Origin: Fimbriimonadales bacterium
GTDB lineage: Bacteria > Armatimonadota > Fimbriimonadia > Fimbriimonadales > ATM1
Reading direction: 5' to 3'
Length of the DNA: 64,000 nucleotides
Assembly: GCA_051003155.1 (NCBI GenBank)
Contig: JBPCLO010000027.1
Location: 21,326 to 85,325 of the forward strand
Shown: one piece after another, positions 37,916 through 45,927 of the stretch
Layout: every line of letters begins with the position of its first letter
Numbering within the stretch: position 1 is the first letter of the stretch
The notes under the pieces: model-generated
What the model saw: only the letters and a program-made list of their open reading frames with translations
Database searches by the model: none
Told to the model about the DNA's origin: nothing
Program-made: the position numbers and the translations under genes

Positions 37916-38790
37916 GCCCGGTGATCGCCCTCCTCGCCGCGATGCGCCCACGCCAGTGGACCAAGAACCTCCTCGTCTTCGCAGGGCTAGTCTTCGCTGG
38001 CAGGTTCGTCGACCCCGATGCGATATGGCTTGTCGCCGCCCTGTTTGCCGCCTTCTGTTTGGTATCGAGCGCCGGCTACCTGCTGAACGACATCATCGAC
38101 CGCGCGGGAGACGTCAACCACCCCGAAAAGCGACTGCGGCCGATAGCTTCCGGGAAGGTCTCCACACAGACAGCCGCGTGCGCCTCGGCTGTTCTTCTCG
38201 TCGCCGGCTTCGCCATTCCCCTGGTGATGGGCATTCCCTGCGGTGTCCAACTGCTAACCGTTTACGCAGCGAATCAGGTCTTCTACATGAGCGCCGCTCG
38301 CCGTGTCGCCATTCTGGATGTATTCGTTATTTCGATCGGGTTCCTCGTAAGAGCCGTCGCAGGCGCTGCGGCTCTTAGAGTGTTCATCAGTCCATGGCTC
38401 CTAGTATGTACGTTCCTACTGGCGCTGTTCCTCGGCTTCGCAAAACGGAAACACGAGTACCACCTCGTCGCAAACGCGCGCGCCTCGCTCTCGGGTTATA
38501 CGAGCCAGCTGCTCGACCAGTTCATCATGATCTCCGCCGCGGCTTCGGCTCTCTCATACAGCGTATACGCAATCGAATCGCACACTGCAATTTCCCACCC
38601 GATGCTCGTCCTCACGATTCCCTTTCCGATCTTTGGCATATTCCGTTACCTGCAGTTGGTTTATAAGGATAACGGAGGCGGCAACCCCGACCAGGCGCTG
38701 GTTAAAGACCCGTGGATGTACGGAACGATTTTGCTCTGGGCAGTTCTAAGCTTATACGCCGTTTCGGCGGAAGGATGGGTGTCGCCTTAG
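37912..38790 (+). CDS. UbiA-family decaprenyl-phosphate phosphoribosyltransferase-like enzyme
   Basis: MRPRQWTKNLLVFAGLVFAG and YLLNDIIDRAGDVNHPEKRLRPIASG match the DPPR-synthase (Rv3806c-type) signature. ATG 37912 overlaps the yqeG stop (ATGA), with GGAAAGGA upstream. Confidence 0.8.
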   Translation: MSPVIALLAAMRPRQWTKNLLVFAGLVFAGRFVDPDAIWLVAALFAAFCLVSSAGYLLNDIIDRAGDVNHPEKRLRPIASGKVSTQTAACASAVLLVAGFAIPLVMGIPCGVQLLTVYAANQVFYMSAARRVAILDVFVISIGFLVRAVAGAAALRVFISPWLLVCTFLLALFLGFAKRKHEYHLVANARASLSGYTSQLLDQFIMISAAASALSYSVYAIESHTAISHPMLVLTIPFPIFGIFRYLQLVYKDNGGGNPDQALVKDPWMYGTILLWAVLSLYAVSAEGWVSP

Positions 38791-38831
38791 GTTTCCAAGC
38801 AACTGTGAAAAGGATCAGCGAGCGTCGTGGA

Positions 38832-39281
38832 ATGCGACAGTTCGCGAAGTTCGTCATCGTCGGCCTTAGCAGCACGATCATCGACTTTGGGCTCCACTTC
38901 CTGCTTTTCAAGGTGATCGACGGTGGACTCAACGATGCGATCCGAACCTTCGTCTACGGCATCATTCCGGCGCTTCAAGACTCGAAAGTCGACCCGGCAT
39001 TCGTTGTCATCAAGGGCATTTCGTTCATCACGGCGACGCTCAACGGATTCCACTGGAACCGCCATTGGTCATTCAAGGCGGCCGACAAGGACCTTGCCCA
39101 TCGCCAGCTCTTGCGCTTTTACATCGTCTACGCGATCGGGCTGTTGATCAACACAACCGTCGCGGGCTCACTCTATGCTCGTGGCGCGGTTTACATCCTC
39201 GCACTCCCGATCGCCACAGTCATCACCACCGCTTGGACCTTCCCAATGACCAAGTTCTGGACCTTCCAGCGCCGGCAATGA
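38832..39281 (+). CDS. GtrA family membrane protein
   Basis: MRQFAKFVIVGLSSTIIDFGLHFLLF and a C-terminal WTFPMTKFWTF are present, with four TM segments. Alternative in-frame starts are 38805 (GTG) and 38775. Confidence 0.8.
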   Translation: MRQFAKFVIVGLSSTIIDFGLHFLLFKVIDGGLNDAIRTFVYGIIPALQDSKVDPAFVVIKGISFITATLNGFHWNRHWSFKAADKDLAHRQLLRFYIVYAIGLLINTTVAGSLYARGAVYILALPIATVITTAWTFPMTKFWTFQRRQ

Positions 39282-40057
39282 GCCTCGTGTCGCTTGCGGT
39301 TCTGGGCGATCCGGTCGAGCACTCGCTTTCGCCTCGCATGCAAAACGCCGCCCTTCGTGCGTTGGGGATCGAGGGCGAGTACGTCGCTGTGCGCGCTCCG
39401 GCGGACGAGTTTGCGGAATGCGTGGCGCACCTTCGGGACCGCGGGTTCGTCGGCGCGAACGTGACGATCCCGCATAAGGAGCGGGCGGCCGGGATCGGCA
39501 CCGCGGACGACGAAATTGTGTCTGCGACGGGGGCGGCCAATACACTGAAGTTCCTCTCTCCGGTCCTTTGCCGAAACACCGACGTTCCCGGCTTCCTGCG
39601 GCCAATCCAGAGTCTCGCTCCTGGCGCGGCGCTCGTTCTGGGCGGCGGAGGTGCGGCCGCCGCGGCGGTCTACGCGCTAGTCCTCGCGGGCTGGGGAGTT
39701 CGCGTCTGGAATCGCAACCCCAAGAACTCGATCCGTTTGACCCAGAGGTTCGGCTGTTCATTTGCGAGCGACCCCGATCCCTCGTCTTGCAGTCTAGTCG
39801 TCAACGCAACGCCTCTCGGCCTGCGCGAGGGAGAAATGCCCGAACTAGGCTGGGAGTCCGCGGCCGCCGAATCCGTCATCTACGACCTCGCGTATCGAGA
39901 CGGCCCTACGGACTTGCTGGAGCATGCCCGTTCTTTGGGTCATCGAGCGATCGACGGCCGAGAGATGCTCGTCGAGCAGGGCGCGCTCTCGTTGGAATGG
40001 TGGACGGGGCAGAACGTCCCACGGCAAGTCATGCGCGAGGCCGTCGGCCTAACATGA
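39278..40057 (+). CDS. aroE: Shikimate dehydrogenase
   Basis: LAVLGDPVEHSLSPRMQNAALRALG, NVTIPHK, NTD and GGGGAAAA (Rossmann) are present. ATG 39278 has an ATGA overlap with the gtrA stop. The track start at 39065 is an upstream extension through gtrA. Confidence 0.9.
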   Translation: MSLVSLAVLGDPVEHSLSPRMQNAALRALGIEGEYVAVRAPADEFAECVAHLRDRGFVGANVTIPHKERAAGIGTADDEIVSATGAANTLKFLSPVLCRNTDVPGFLRPIQSLAPGAALVLGGGGAAAAAVYALVLAGWGVRVWNRNPKNSIRLTQRFGCSFASDPDPSSCSLVVNATPLGLREGEMPELGWESAAAESVIYDLAYRDGPTDLLEHARSLGHRAIDGREMLVEQGALSLEWWTGQNVPRQVMREAVGLT

Positions 40058-40677
40058 TCTGGTTTCGACCGGCAGGAGCGGACGATCCTCGCTTGGCCGA
40101 GGTGGCGGCGGCGGTCTTGGGTGGCGAGATCGCCATCGTTCCGACCGAAACGGTTTATGGCCTGGCATGCCTCGCCGACGATCCGAGAGCAATCACGAAG
40201 GTATTCAAGGCAAAGGGGCGCACGCCCGACAAGCCGCTGATCGTGGCAGCGACCGAAATCGCACAAGCCCGCATGCTTTGTTCGGACTGGCCGGAAATCG
40301 CGGAGAAACTGGCGACGGCGTTCTGGCCCGGGCCGCTGACCATCGTGCTGCCAAAGGCGATCGCCGTTCCCGACCTTGTGACGGCCGGGGGAAATACGGT
40401 CGCCGTACGCATTCCTAACCAGACGGTCCTCTTACGCCTGATCGATTTGGTCGGCAGACCGCTTACCGCCACGAGCGCCAATCAAAGCTCTCAGCCGTCG
40501 CCGCTCAGCGCCGAAGAAGCCGTGCGACAACTCGGCCCCACCTGTGCTTACGTCGTGGACTGTGGTCCTACGAGTGTCGGAAAGGAATCTACGATCGTGC
40601 AGATCGCCGGCAATACAGTGGCGATTCTGCGAGAAGGCGCGATCCCGCTTTGCGAGATCGAGTTAGCGGCAATGTGA
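40054..40677 (+). CDS. tsaC: L-threonylcarbamoyladenylate synthase (YrdC/TsaC type)
   Basis: GGEIAIVPTETVYGLACLADDPRAITKVFKAKGRTPDKPLIV and LTATSAN are present. ATG 40054 has an ATGA overlap with the aroE stop. Confidence 0.88.
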   Translation: MIWFRPAGADDPRLAEVAAAVLGGEIAIVPTETVYGLACLADDPRAITKVFKAKGRTPDKPLIVAATEIAQARMLCSDWPEIAEKLATAFWPGPLTIVLPKAIAVPDLVTAGGNTVAVRIPNQTVLLRLIDLVGRPLTATSANQSSQPSPLSAEEAVRQLGPTCAYVVDCGPTSVGKESTIVQIAGNTVAILREGAIPLCEIELAAM

Positions 40678-41148
40678 GCAGAGGCCGATAACTTCGACCC
40701 TGGTCTGCCTCGCCATAAAGCCGAGCCGCGAGCCCGAAACGCCGATCTCGCTCAAAGCCGTCTGCGGCACGGGAATCTCCTCTACGCAGCCGCACGATTC
40801 ACAAACGAGGTGCTCGGTCTGGTGATCTCCGGAATGGTTCCCGGAACATGCCAGATAGCCGTCGACGATGCCGATCCGATGCGCCAAACCGGCTTCCACT
40901 AGGCTCGCCAGGATTCGGTAAACGCTAACGACGTCGATCTTGCCCCCGGTGGCAGCGACCTGATCTCGAATCTCATAAGCGCCCATCGGCTTCCTGGTTT
41001 CCGCCATAGCGCGCACAACCGCACGCCGGGGCCCGGTGACGCGCATGCCCTGCGATTGCAAACGCTCGATCGCCTTGCTCTCGTACTGCTCCGCCAGAGG
41101 CGGCTCGACGATATTACATTGGATGTCGGTCTGCGATGCCATAGGCAA
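40663..41148 (-). CDS. Fur family transcriptional regulator
   Basis: It has a winged-helix region (RVTGPRRAVVRAMAE...VYRILASLVEAGL), a metal site (HLVCESCGCVEEI) and a C-terminal CSHC. Confidence 0.88.
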   Translation of the reverse strand: MPMASQTDIQCNIVEPPLAEQYESKAIERLQSQGMRVTGPRRAVVRAMAETRKPMGAYEIRDQVAATGGKIDVVSVYRILASLVEAGLAHRIGIVDGYLACSGNHSGDHQTEHLVCESCGCVEEIPVPQTALSEIGVSGSRLGFMARQTRVEVIGLCSHCR

Positions 41149-41284
41149 TTATGGCTCGCGTCTTGCGGTCGATTCAGCGAAGTCGCGAAATGGTCCAGCG
41201 AGCTTGCGCACCGGTCCAGCCACGCTGCGGAAAGCATGGTTATTCATAAATCGTACCGGATACGTGTAATATCAGACTGTGGAC

Positions 41285-42610
41285 ATGCGCAAACTTCTCC
41301 TCTTCTTACCGACACTCATTGCCGCGGGCTGCTTCGGCGGCGGGAAAGAGACCGCAGCCCCTACGGGTACCGGAAAGGTCGAAGGCAGTCTCGAGATCGC
41401 CGCCTTCCAAGGCGGCTACGGAATCGATTTCTATCAGGCCGCCGCCAAAGAGTTCGAGTCGAAACATCCGGGGCTGAAGATCAAGGTCGAGGGCAACCCG
41501 CGCATATGGGAGCAGCTGCGCCCGAGGTTCATCGGAGGCAATCCGCCCGACCTGTGCTACCCCGGATGGGGCATGGACCACTGGGCGCTCGCAGAAGAGG
41601 GTCAACTCATGGCCTTCGACGAAGCCCTGGCCGCCAAGCCATACGGAGGCGATGGCACTTGGGGCGAAACATTCGAACCCTCCATCCTGGCACTTGGAAA
41701 ACTCGAGGGCAAACAGTACGTCCTTCCACACTTCTTTAACCTGCTTGGCTGGTGGTACGACCCGGGCATCTTCACCAAGAACGGTTGGACCCCTCCGAAG
41801 ACCTACGAAGAGCTACTGGCTCTCTGCGCGAAGATCAAGGCGCGCGGAATCGCTCCGATTACCTATCAGGGCAAGTACCCGTACTACATGGTAGAGGGAA
41901 TGCTCCTCCCGTGGGCGATGAGCGCCGGCGGAGCGGAGGCGGTACGCGCCGCACAGAACCTCGAGCCCAGCGCGTGGAAGTCGCGCGCGATGCTGAAAGC
42001 TGCCCAGATGATCGCCGAACTTAGGGACAAAGGGTTTTTCCAATCCGGCGCCACCGCCATGAGCCACACCGAATCACAGCAAGAGTTCGTCCAGGGCAAG
42101 GCTGCGATGATCCCTTGCGGGACGTGGCTCCACTCGGAGATGAGGAGCGTAATGCCTGCCGGAGCGAAAATGGAATTCATGCTGCCGCCGGTCTTGTCAC
42201 AGGGCAACGGCGAACCGACGAACGTTATCATCGGCATCGAGCCATGGATGGTGCCGAGCGATGCTAAGAACCCCGATGCTGCAGTCGCATTCCTTAAGTA
42301 CATGACCTCGCCGGAAAAGGCGAAGCAGTTTGTAGAGGAGAAGGGCACGCTGGTAGCGATCAAGGGAAGCGACCGAGCGCAGCTCCCTGAGGTCTTGGTC
42401 AAGCCTGCGGCCATATTCAAGAGCAGTAACTTCGTTTGGGCAGTCCAATATCGCCAGTGGTATCCGGCGTTCGACACGGAGATCCAAAACGCTCTGACGG
42501 CCATGCTGAACGGCGAACTGACTCCGGAGGCATTCTGTGGCCGAGTCGAGGCGGCCGCGGAGAAAACTCGCAAAGACCCAAACATCGCCAAGCATAAAGT
42601 CGCCGGCTAA
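41285..42610 (+). CDS. Carbohydrate ABC transporter substrate-binding lipoprotein (family 1 SBP)
   Basis: It has a lipobox (LIAAGC) and family-1 SBP features (GNPPDL, WWYDPGIF). Two sugar permease genes follow. The track start at 41279 is a GTG two codons upstream. Confidence 0.88.
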   Translation: MRKLLLFLPTLIAAGCFGGGKETAAPTGTGKVEGSLEIAAFQGGYGIDFYQAAAKEFESKHPGLKIKVEGNPRIWEQLRPRFIGGNPPDLCYPGWGMDHWALAEEGQLMAFDEALAAKPYGGDGTWGETFEPSILALGKLEGKQYVLPHFFNLLGWWYDPGIFTKNGWTPPKTYEELLALCAKIKARGIAPITYQGKYPYYMVEGMLLPWAMSAGGAEAVRAAQNLEPSAWKSRAMLKAAQMIAELRDKGFFQSGATAMSHTESQQEFVQGKAAMIPCGTWLHSEMRSVMPAGAKMEFMLPPVLSQGNGEPTNVIIGIEPWMVPSDAKNPDAAVAFLKYMTSPEKAKQFVEEKGTLVAIKGSDRAQLPEVLVKPAAIFKSSNFVWAVQYRQWYPAFDTEIQNALTAMLNGELTPEAFCGRVEAAAEKTRKDPNIAKHKVAG

Positions 42611-42640
42611 GAAACGTGGACATTCAAAGACGCATCGGAG

Positions 42641-42892
42641 TTGTCGCGCGCGCATCATTGGCGCTGTGCTAAAACCGGGCCGGAATATCCGCACGAATAC
42701 ACGCTGCGCAAGCAGTGGCAGAACCAGGAGGATATCGACGGAGTGGCGATCTTCATTCGTGAGAACGGTTACGTTGTAAATTTCAGAGGCCGAGACTACA
42801 TCTGCTTCGATGTGGGCGGCTATATGCGCTGGATCAGGGGCAGTCCGGTAAACGAGACTATCCTTGTCAACCGCGCACTAAACCAACAATGA
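42641..42892 (+). CDS. Small (83 aa) protein of unknown function embedded in the sugar ABC operon
   Basis: The sequence looks protein-like: EYPHEYTLRKQW...FIRENGYVVNFRGRDYICFDVGGYMRWIRGSPVNETILVNRA. It starts with TTG, and its stop overlaps the ATG of the next permease gene (ATGA). Confidence 0.55.
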   Translation: MSRAHHWRCAKTGPEYPHEYTLRKQWQNQEDIDGVAIFIRENGYVVNFRGRDYICFDVGGYMRWIRGSPVNETILVNRALNQQ

Positions 42893-43776
42893 GGCGCGAC
42901 GGTCGAACGACGTTCATCATCACGTTCCTGGCCCCGGCTGTGGGTCTCTATGGCGTCTTTGTGGTTTGGCCACTCCTCCAATCGTTCGTTCTCTCGCTCT
43001 ATCGATGGCGCGGGGTTTCGGCGAAGAAGACTTACGTGGGCCTCGAAAACTTTCAAGCCCTAACCCGGGACGACGTCTTCTGGCAGGCTCTAAAGAATAA
43101 TTTGTGGCTGCTCGTCGTGGGCGGCCTGGCAGTGCTTGTTATCGGTGTCACAATCGCGCACGCGATGCAAGGCTCGGGCCGGATGGCTCGCGCCCTACGC
43201 GGCATCTACCTGTTCCCACAAGTGATCTCCCTCGTCGTCGTGGCGATCCTATGGATGTTCCTCTACAACCCATCCTTCGGCCTGATTACGAGCGGACTGA
43301 ACGCCATCGGCCTCGGCGACCTCGCTCGCCCGTGGCTTGGTGACTCCAAGACCGCCTTGCCCTCGGTCGGCATCGCTTTCCTGTGGTACGTGCTCGGCTT
43401 CTATATCATGCTGTTCGCCGCAGGAATCAAGTCGATCCGCTCGGAGATCCACGAGGCCGCAGCGCTCGACGGATCGGCCGGTTTGAGCAAGTTCTGGAAA
43501 GTAACCTGGCCGATGCTCTGGTCGGTCAAACGTGTAGCGGTCGTTTACATCGTGATCAACGTGATGAACGTCTTCGCGCTCGTCTATCTTATGACGCAAG
43601 GCGGCCCTGATCGCAAGACCGAGGTCATGCTCACATACCTCTACGAGCAGGCATTCAAGAACAACCTGTTCGGCTACGCAACGGCTCTTGCAGTGGGCGT
43701 TTTCGTCGTCTCGATGGCGTTCTGCCTTATCCTGATGTTCCTGTTCAGGAAGAATCCTGAGGAAGCGCGCGCTTGA
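42889..43776 (+). CDS. Carbohydrate ABC transporter permease (MalF/UgpA-like)
   Basis: It has six TM segments and the EAA loop HEAAALDGSAGLSKFWKVTWPML. Confidence 0.9.
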   Translation: MRRDGRTTFIITFLAPAVGLYGVFVVWPLLQSFVLSLYRWRGVSAKKTYVGLENFQALTRDDVFWQALKNNLWLLVVGGLAVLVIGVTIAHAMQGSGRMARALRGIYLFPQVISLVVVAILWMFLYNPSFGLITSGLNAIGLGDLARPWLGDSKTALPSVGIAFLWYVLGFYIMLFAAGIKSIRSEIHEAAALDGSAGLSKFWKVTWPMLWSVKRVAVVYIVINVMNVFALVYLMTQGGPDRKTEVMLTYLYEQAFKNNLFGYATALAVGVFVVSMAFCLILMFLFRKNPEEARA

Positions 43777-44591
43777 AGAGAGTGCTCGGCAACTTCGGCC
43801 TAGTCTTGTTCGGCCTGAGCGTCGTCGTGCCGCTCATGTGGGTGCTCCTGACCTCGCTGAAATCCGGCCCAGAGGTCTTCGCCTCGCCCTGGGGCCTCCC
43901 GAAAAGCCCGCAATGGCAGAACTATTCGAACGCCTGGCAGCAGGCCGGCGTCGGCAAATATTTCCTCAACAGCCTCCTCGTAACCCTTGGGACTCTCCTG
44001 ATCCTGCTCCCGATCGGTGCAATGGCGGCGTACGTGCTCGCCCGCTACCCGTTTCGGGGTTCGAAAACGATTTTCGGCACGTTCCTCGGTGGGATGATGT
44101 TTCCGAACTTTCTTATCGTCGTGCCACTGTTCTTCCTTCTCAAAAGCATGGGAATGCTCGATACAAAGACGGGGCTTATCCTGGTCTATGTCGCCTATTC
44201 GCTGTCCTTCACGATATTCGTACTGACGGGCTTCTTCCAATCCCTGCCGAACGAACTCGCCGAAGCGGCGATGATCGACGGGTGTACCCATTCGAGCACG
44301 TTTTGGCGGGTGATGTTACCACTTGCGAAGCCCGGACTCGTCGTCGTGGGAATCTTCAACGCGATCGGTCTGTGGAACGAGTACGGACTGGCGCTTGTCC
44401 TCGTCAACAGCGAAGAAAACCGCACGCTGCCTTTGGGAATCGCCAACCTAGTGATGACCCAGCATTACCAAAGTGACTGGGGCGCGCTGTTCGCGGGCCT
44501 AGTGATTGTGATGCTTCCGGTGCTTATGGTGTACTGGATTTACCGGGACAAGATCCATGAAACGATGCTTGCAGGAGCCGTAAAAGGGTAG
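43773..44591 (+). CDS. Carbohydrate ABC transporter permease (MalG/UgpE-like)
   Basis: The EAA loop AEAAMIDGCTHSSTFWRVMLPLAKPG is present. The start is a TTGA overlap with the upstream stop, or GTG 43782. Confidence 0.9.
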   Translation: MKRVLGNFGLVLFGLSVVVPLMWVLLTSLKSGPEVFASPWGLPKSPQWQNYSNAWQQAGVGKYFLNSLLVTLGTLLILLPIGAMAAYVLARYPFRGSKTIFGTFLGGMMFPNFLIVVPLFFLLKSMGMLDTKTGLILVYVAYSLSFTIFVLTGFFQSLPNELAEAAMIDGCTHSSTFWRVMLPLAKPGLVVVGIFNAIGLWNEYGLALVLVNSEENRTLPLGIANLVMTQHYQSDWGALFAGLVIVMLPVLMVYWIYRDKIHETMLAGAVKG

Positions 44592-44750
44592 AAAAAGTAC
44601 TCGGATGGAGCGGCATTTTGGCTACTTCGGTCGTCAACATAAACGATAATTGATTCGATTAGGTTCAAATAAACCTGAAAACCGGTTGAATCCGTGATAC
44701 AATTCATCTAGTTTGAACCTGAGTTCCCTTGGGGCTCTACGGAGGAAAGA

Positions 44751-44948
44751 ATGAAGTTCTATAACCTGAAGACACGAAGCCACGTCGAAGTGCCCGACTC
44801 CGACATGCAAAAGAAGAAGATGGTGCGCAAGACCAAGAACGGCACCCAGACGCGATACGCCCTTGTCGCAAACCACCAGGGCAGCAAGCTGTTCAAGTTC
44901 GTCAGCGAAGCCGACTACAAAGCCGCGAACTGCAAAGAAGTTTCCTAA
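44751..44948 (+). CDS. Small basic protein (65 aa), function unknown
   Basis: It has a strong GGAGGA Shine-Dalgarno 7 nt upstream, an AT-rich leader and a textbook terminator immediately downstream. The composition is Lys-rich. Confidence 0.7.
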   Translation: MKFYNLKTRSHVEVPDSDMQKKKMVRKTKNGTQTRYALVANHQGSKLFKFVSEADYKAANCKEVS

Positions 44949-44961
44949 CTTCGAAGATGTG

Positions 44962-44993
44962 AAGAGCGCTCCTCGCAGGGGCGCTCTTTTTTT
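44962..44993. terminator. Intrinsic terminator between convergent genes
   Basis: AAGAGCGCUCC-UCGCA-GGGGCGCUCUU is followed by UUUUU on the plus strand. On the minus strand the hairpin starts right after the TAA of the thioredoxin-like gene. Confidence 0.8.
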
Positions 44994-45414
44994 AGAGCTT
45001 GGCCCTGGCAGCGTCCATCTCGGCCGCGAACGCGTCGGCGGGCAGGTACCCGAGGATCTTGTGCACGACGTTGCCTTCAGAGTCCAGGAATAGGATCGCC
45101 GGAAAGCCGTCTATGGCGTGCTTCTTGACGAGTTCGGGGCCTTCGCCCTTCTCGCCGTCTATCTTGATCGGGACAAACTGTCCCGCTCGCCGGATCACGG
45201 AATCTTGGGTGTAGGTCTCCGCGTCCAGCTTCTTGCAGTATCCTCACCAATCGGTATAGAAGTCCGCCATCACGAGGGTCTTATCGGACGCGGCCTTCCC
45301 AAGCGCGGACTGGATGTCCCCGGTGTGCCACATGATGCCGGTGCCTGTTTCAGTTTCCTTCTGACAAGAGACGGCGACGAGCGCCAACAGCGGCAGAAGC
45401 CGGATGGGTTTCAT
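44992..45414 (-). CDS. Thioredoxin-fold (Thioredoxin_7-like) lipoprotein with in-frame UGA at the CXXC position; candidate selenoprotein (alternatively a nonsense allele)
   Basis: There is one continuous frame: MKPIRLLPLLALVAVSC...KTLVMADFYTDW-[TGA 45246-45244]-GYCKKLDAETYTQDSVIRRAGQFVPIKIDGEKGEGPELVKKHAIDGFPAILFLDSEGNVV. The track shows only the 68-aa 3' part (44992-45198). Confidence 0.6.
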
Positions 45415-45417
45415 GAC

Positions 45418-45804
45418 CTAATATATGTCGTGAAGGCCGAAGTTGTTCGCTTCGACGACTCCAAGCTCGTCTTCCTCGAAGTATCCGTCTAGGTCGCACG
45501 AGGCATGCCCGGCGGCCGCCATCGGTTCGGTCTCAGGACTCACTTCAACAGAACAGTCCACATTCTGCCGGCTGATGTGAAAAACCAACCAGGGGTTTTC
45601 GGGCATCTTCTTGGCTGCCCTTTGAGCGTCGGGGACCTGTAGCCACGACTTCCCCGGAGCTTTAAAGAAGACCTCGAACCCCTCCTGCGCTCGACCGGTG
45701 AGGACAAGCGCGTAGCCCCTTGAGGGCAAGTCTTCCGGAGGCAAGTCCACGGGCGGCGCTGTGCCAAAGCCAATTGTTGTCACGGCGATAACGCTAATAA
45801 GCAT
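45418..45804 (-). CDS. Hypothetical exported or membrane-anchored protein co-transcribed with the thioredoxin-like gene
   Basis: An AGGAGGA Shine-Dalgarno lies upstream of ATG 45804. The N-terminus is hydrophobic. The stop is 3 nt before the downstream ATG. Confidence 0.6.
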   Translation of the reverse strand: MLISVIAVTTIGFGTAPPVDLPPEDLPSRGYALVLTGRAQEGFEVFFKAPGKSWLQVPDAQRAAKKMPENPWLVFHISRQNVDCSVEVSPETEPMAAAGHASCDLDGYFEEDELGVVEANNFGLHDIY

Positions 45805-45927
45805 ACTTCCTGTCCTCCTACAGCGTCGATTATATCAGATAGGACGGGATGGTGCAAGTTTTTGTTACTAGTGGAGTGTGTCAAACTTGCAACGCACGAT
45901 TTTTGTCCACGGATAGGAGGAAGATAA

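Noticed and set aside
41149-41284. Fur box in the fur / sugar-ABC divergent spacer
   Set aside because: TGGTTATTCATAAATCG is AT-rich, but it is not a good match to GATAATGATAATCATTATC and is not palindromic.
42608-42643. Stop-codon readthrough fusing the sugar-binding protein to the 83-aa ORF (same frame)
   Set aside because: The shared frame has a one-in-three chance of occurring. The stop is a strong TAA, and nothing else suggests recoding.
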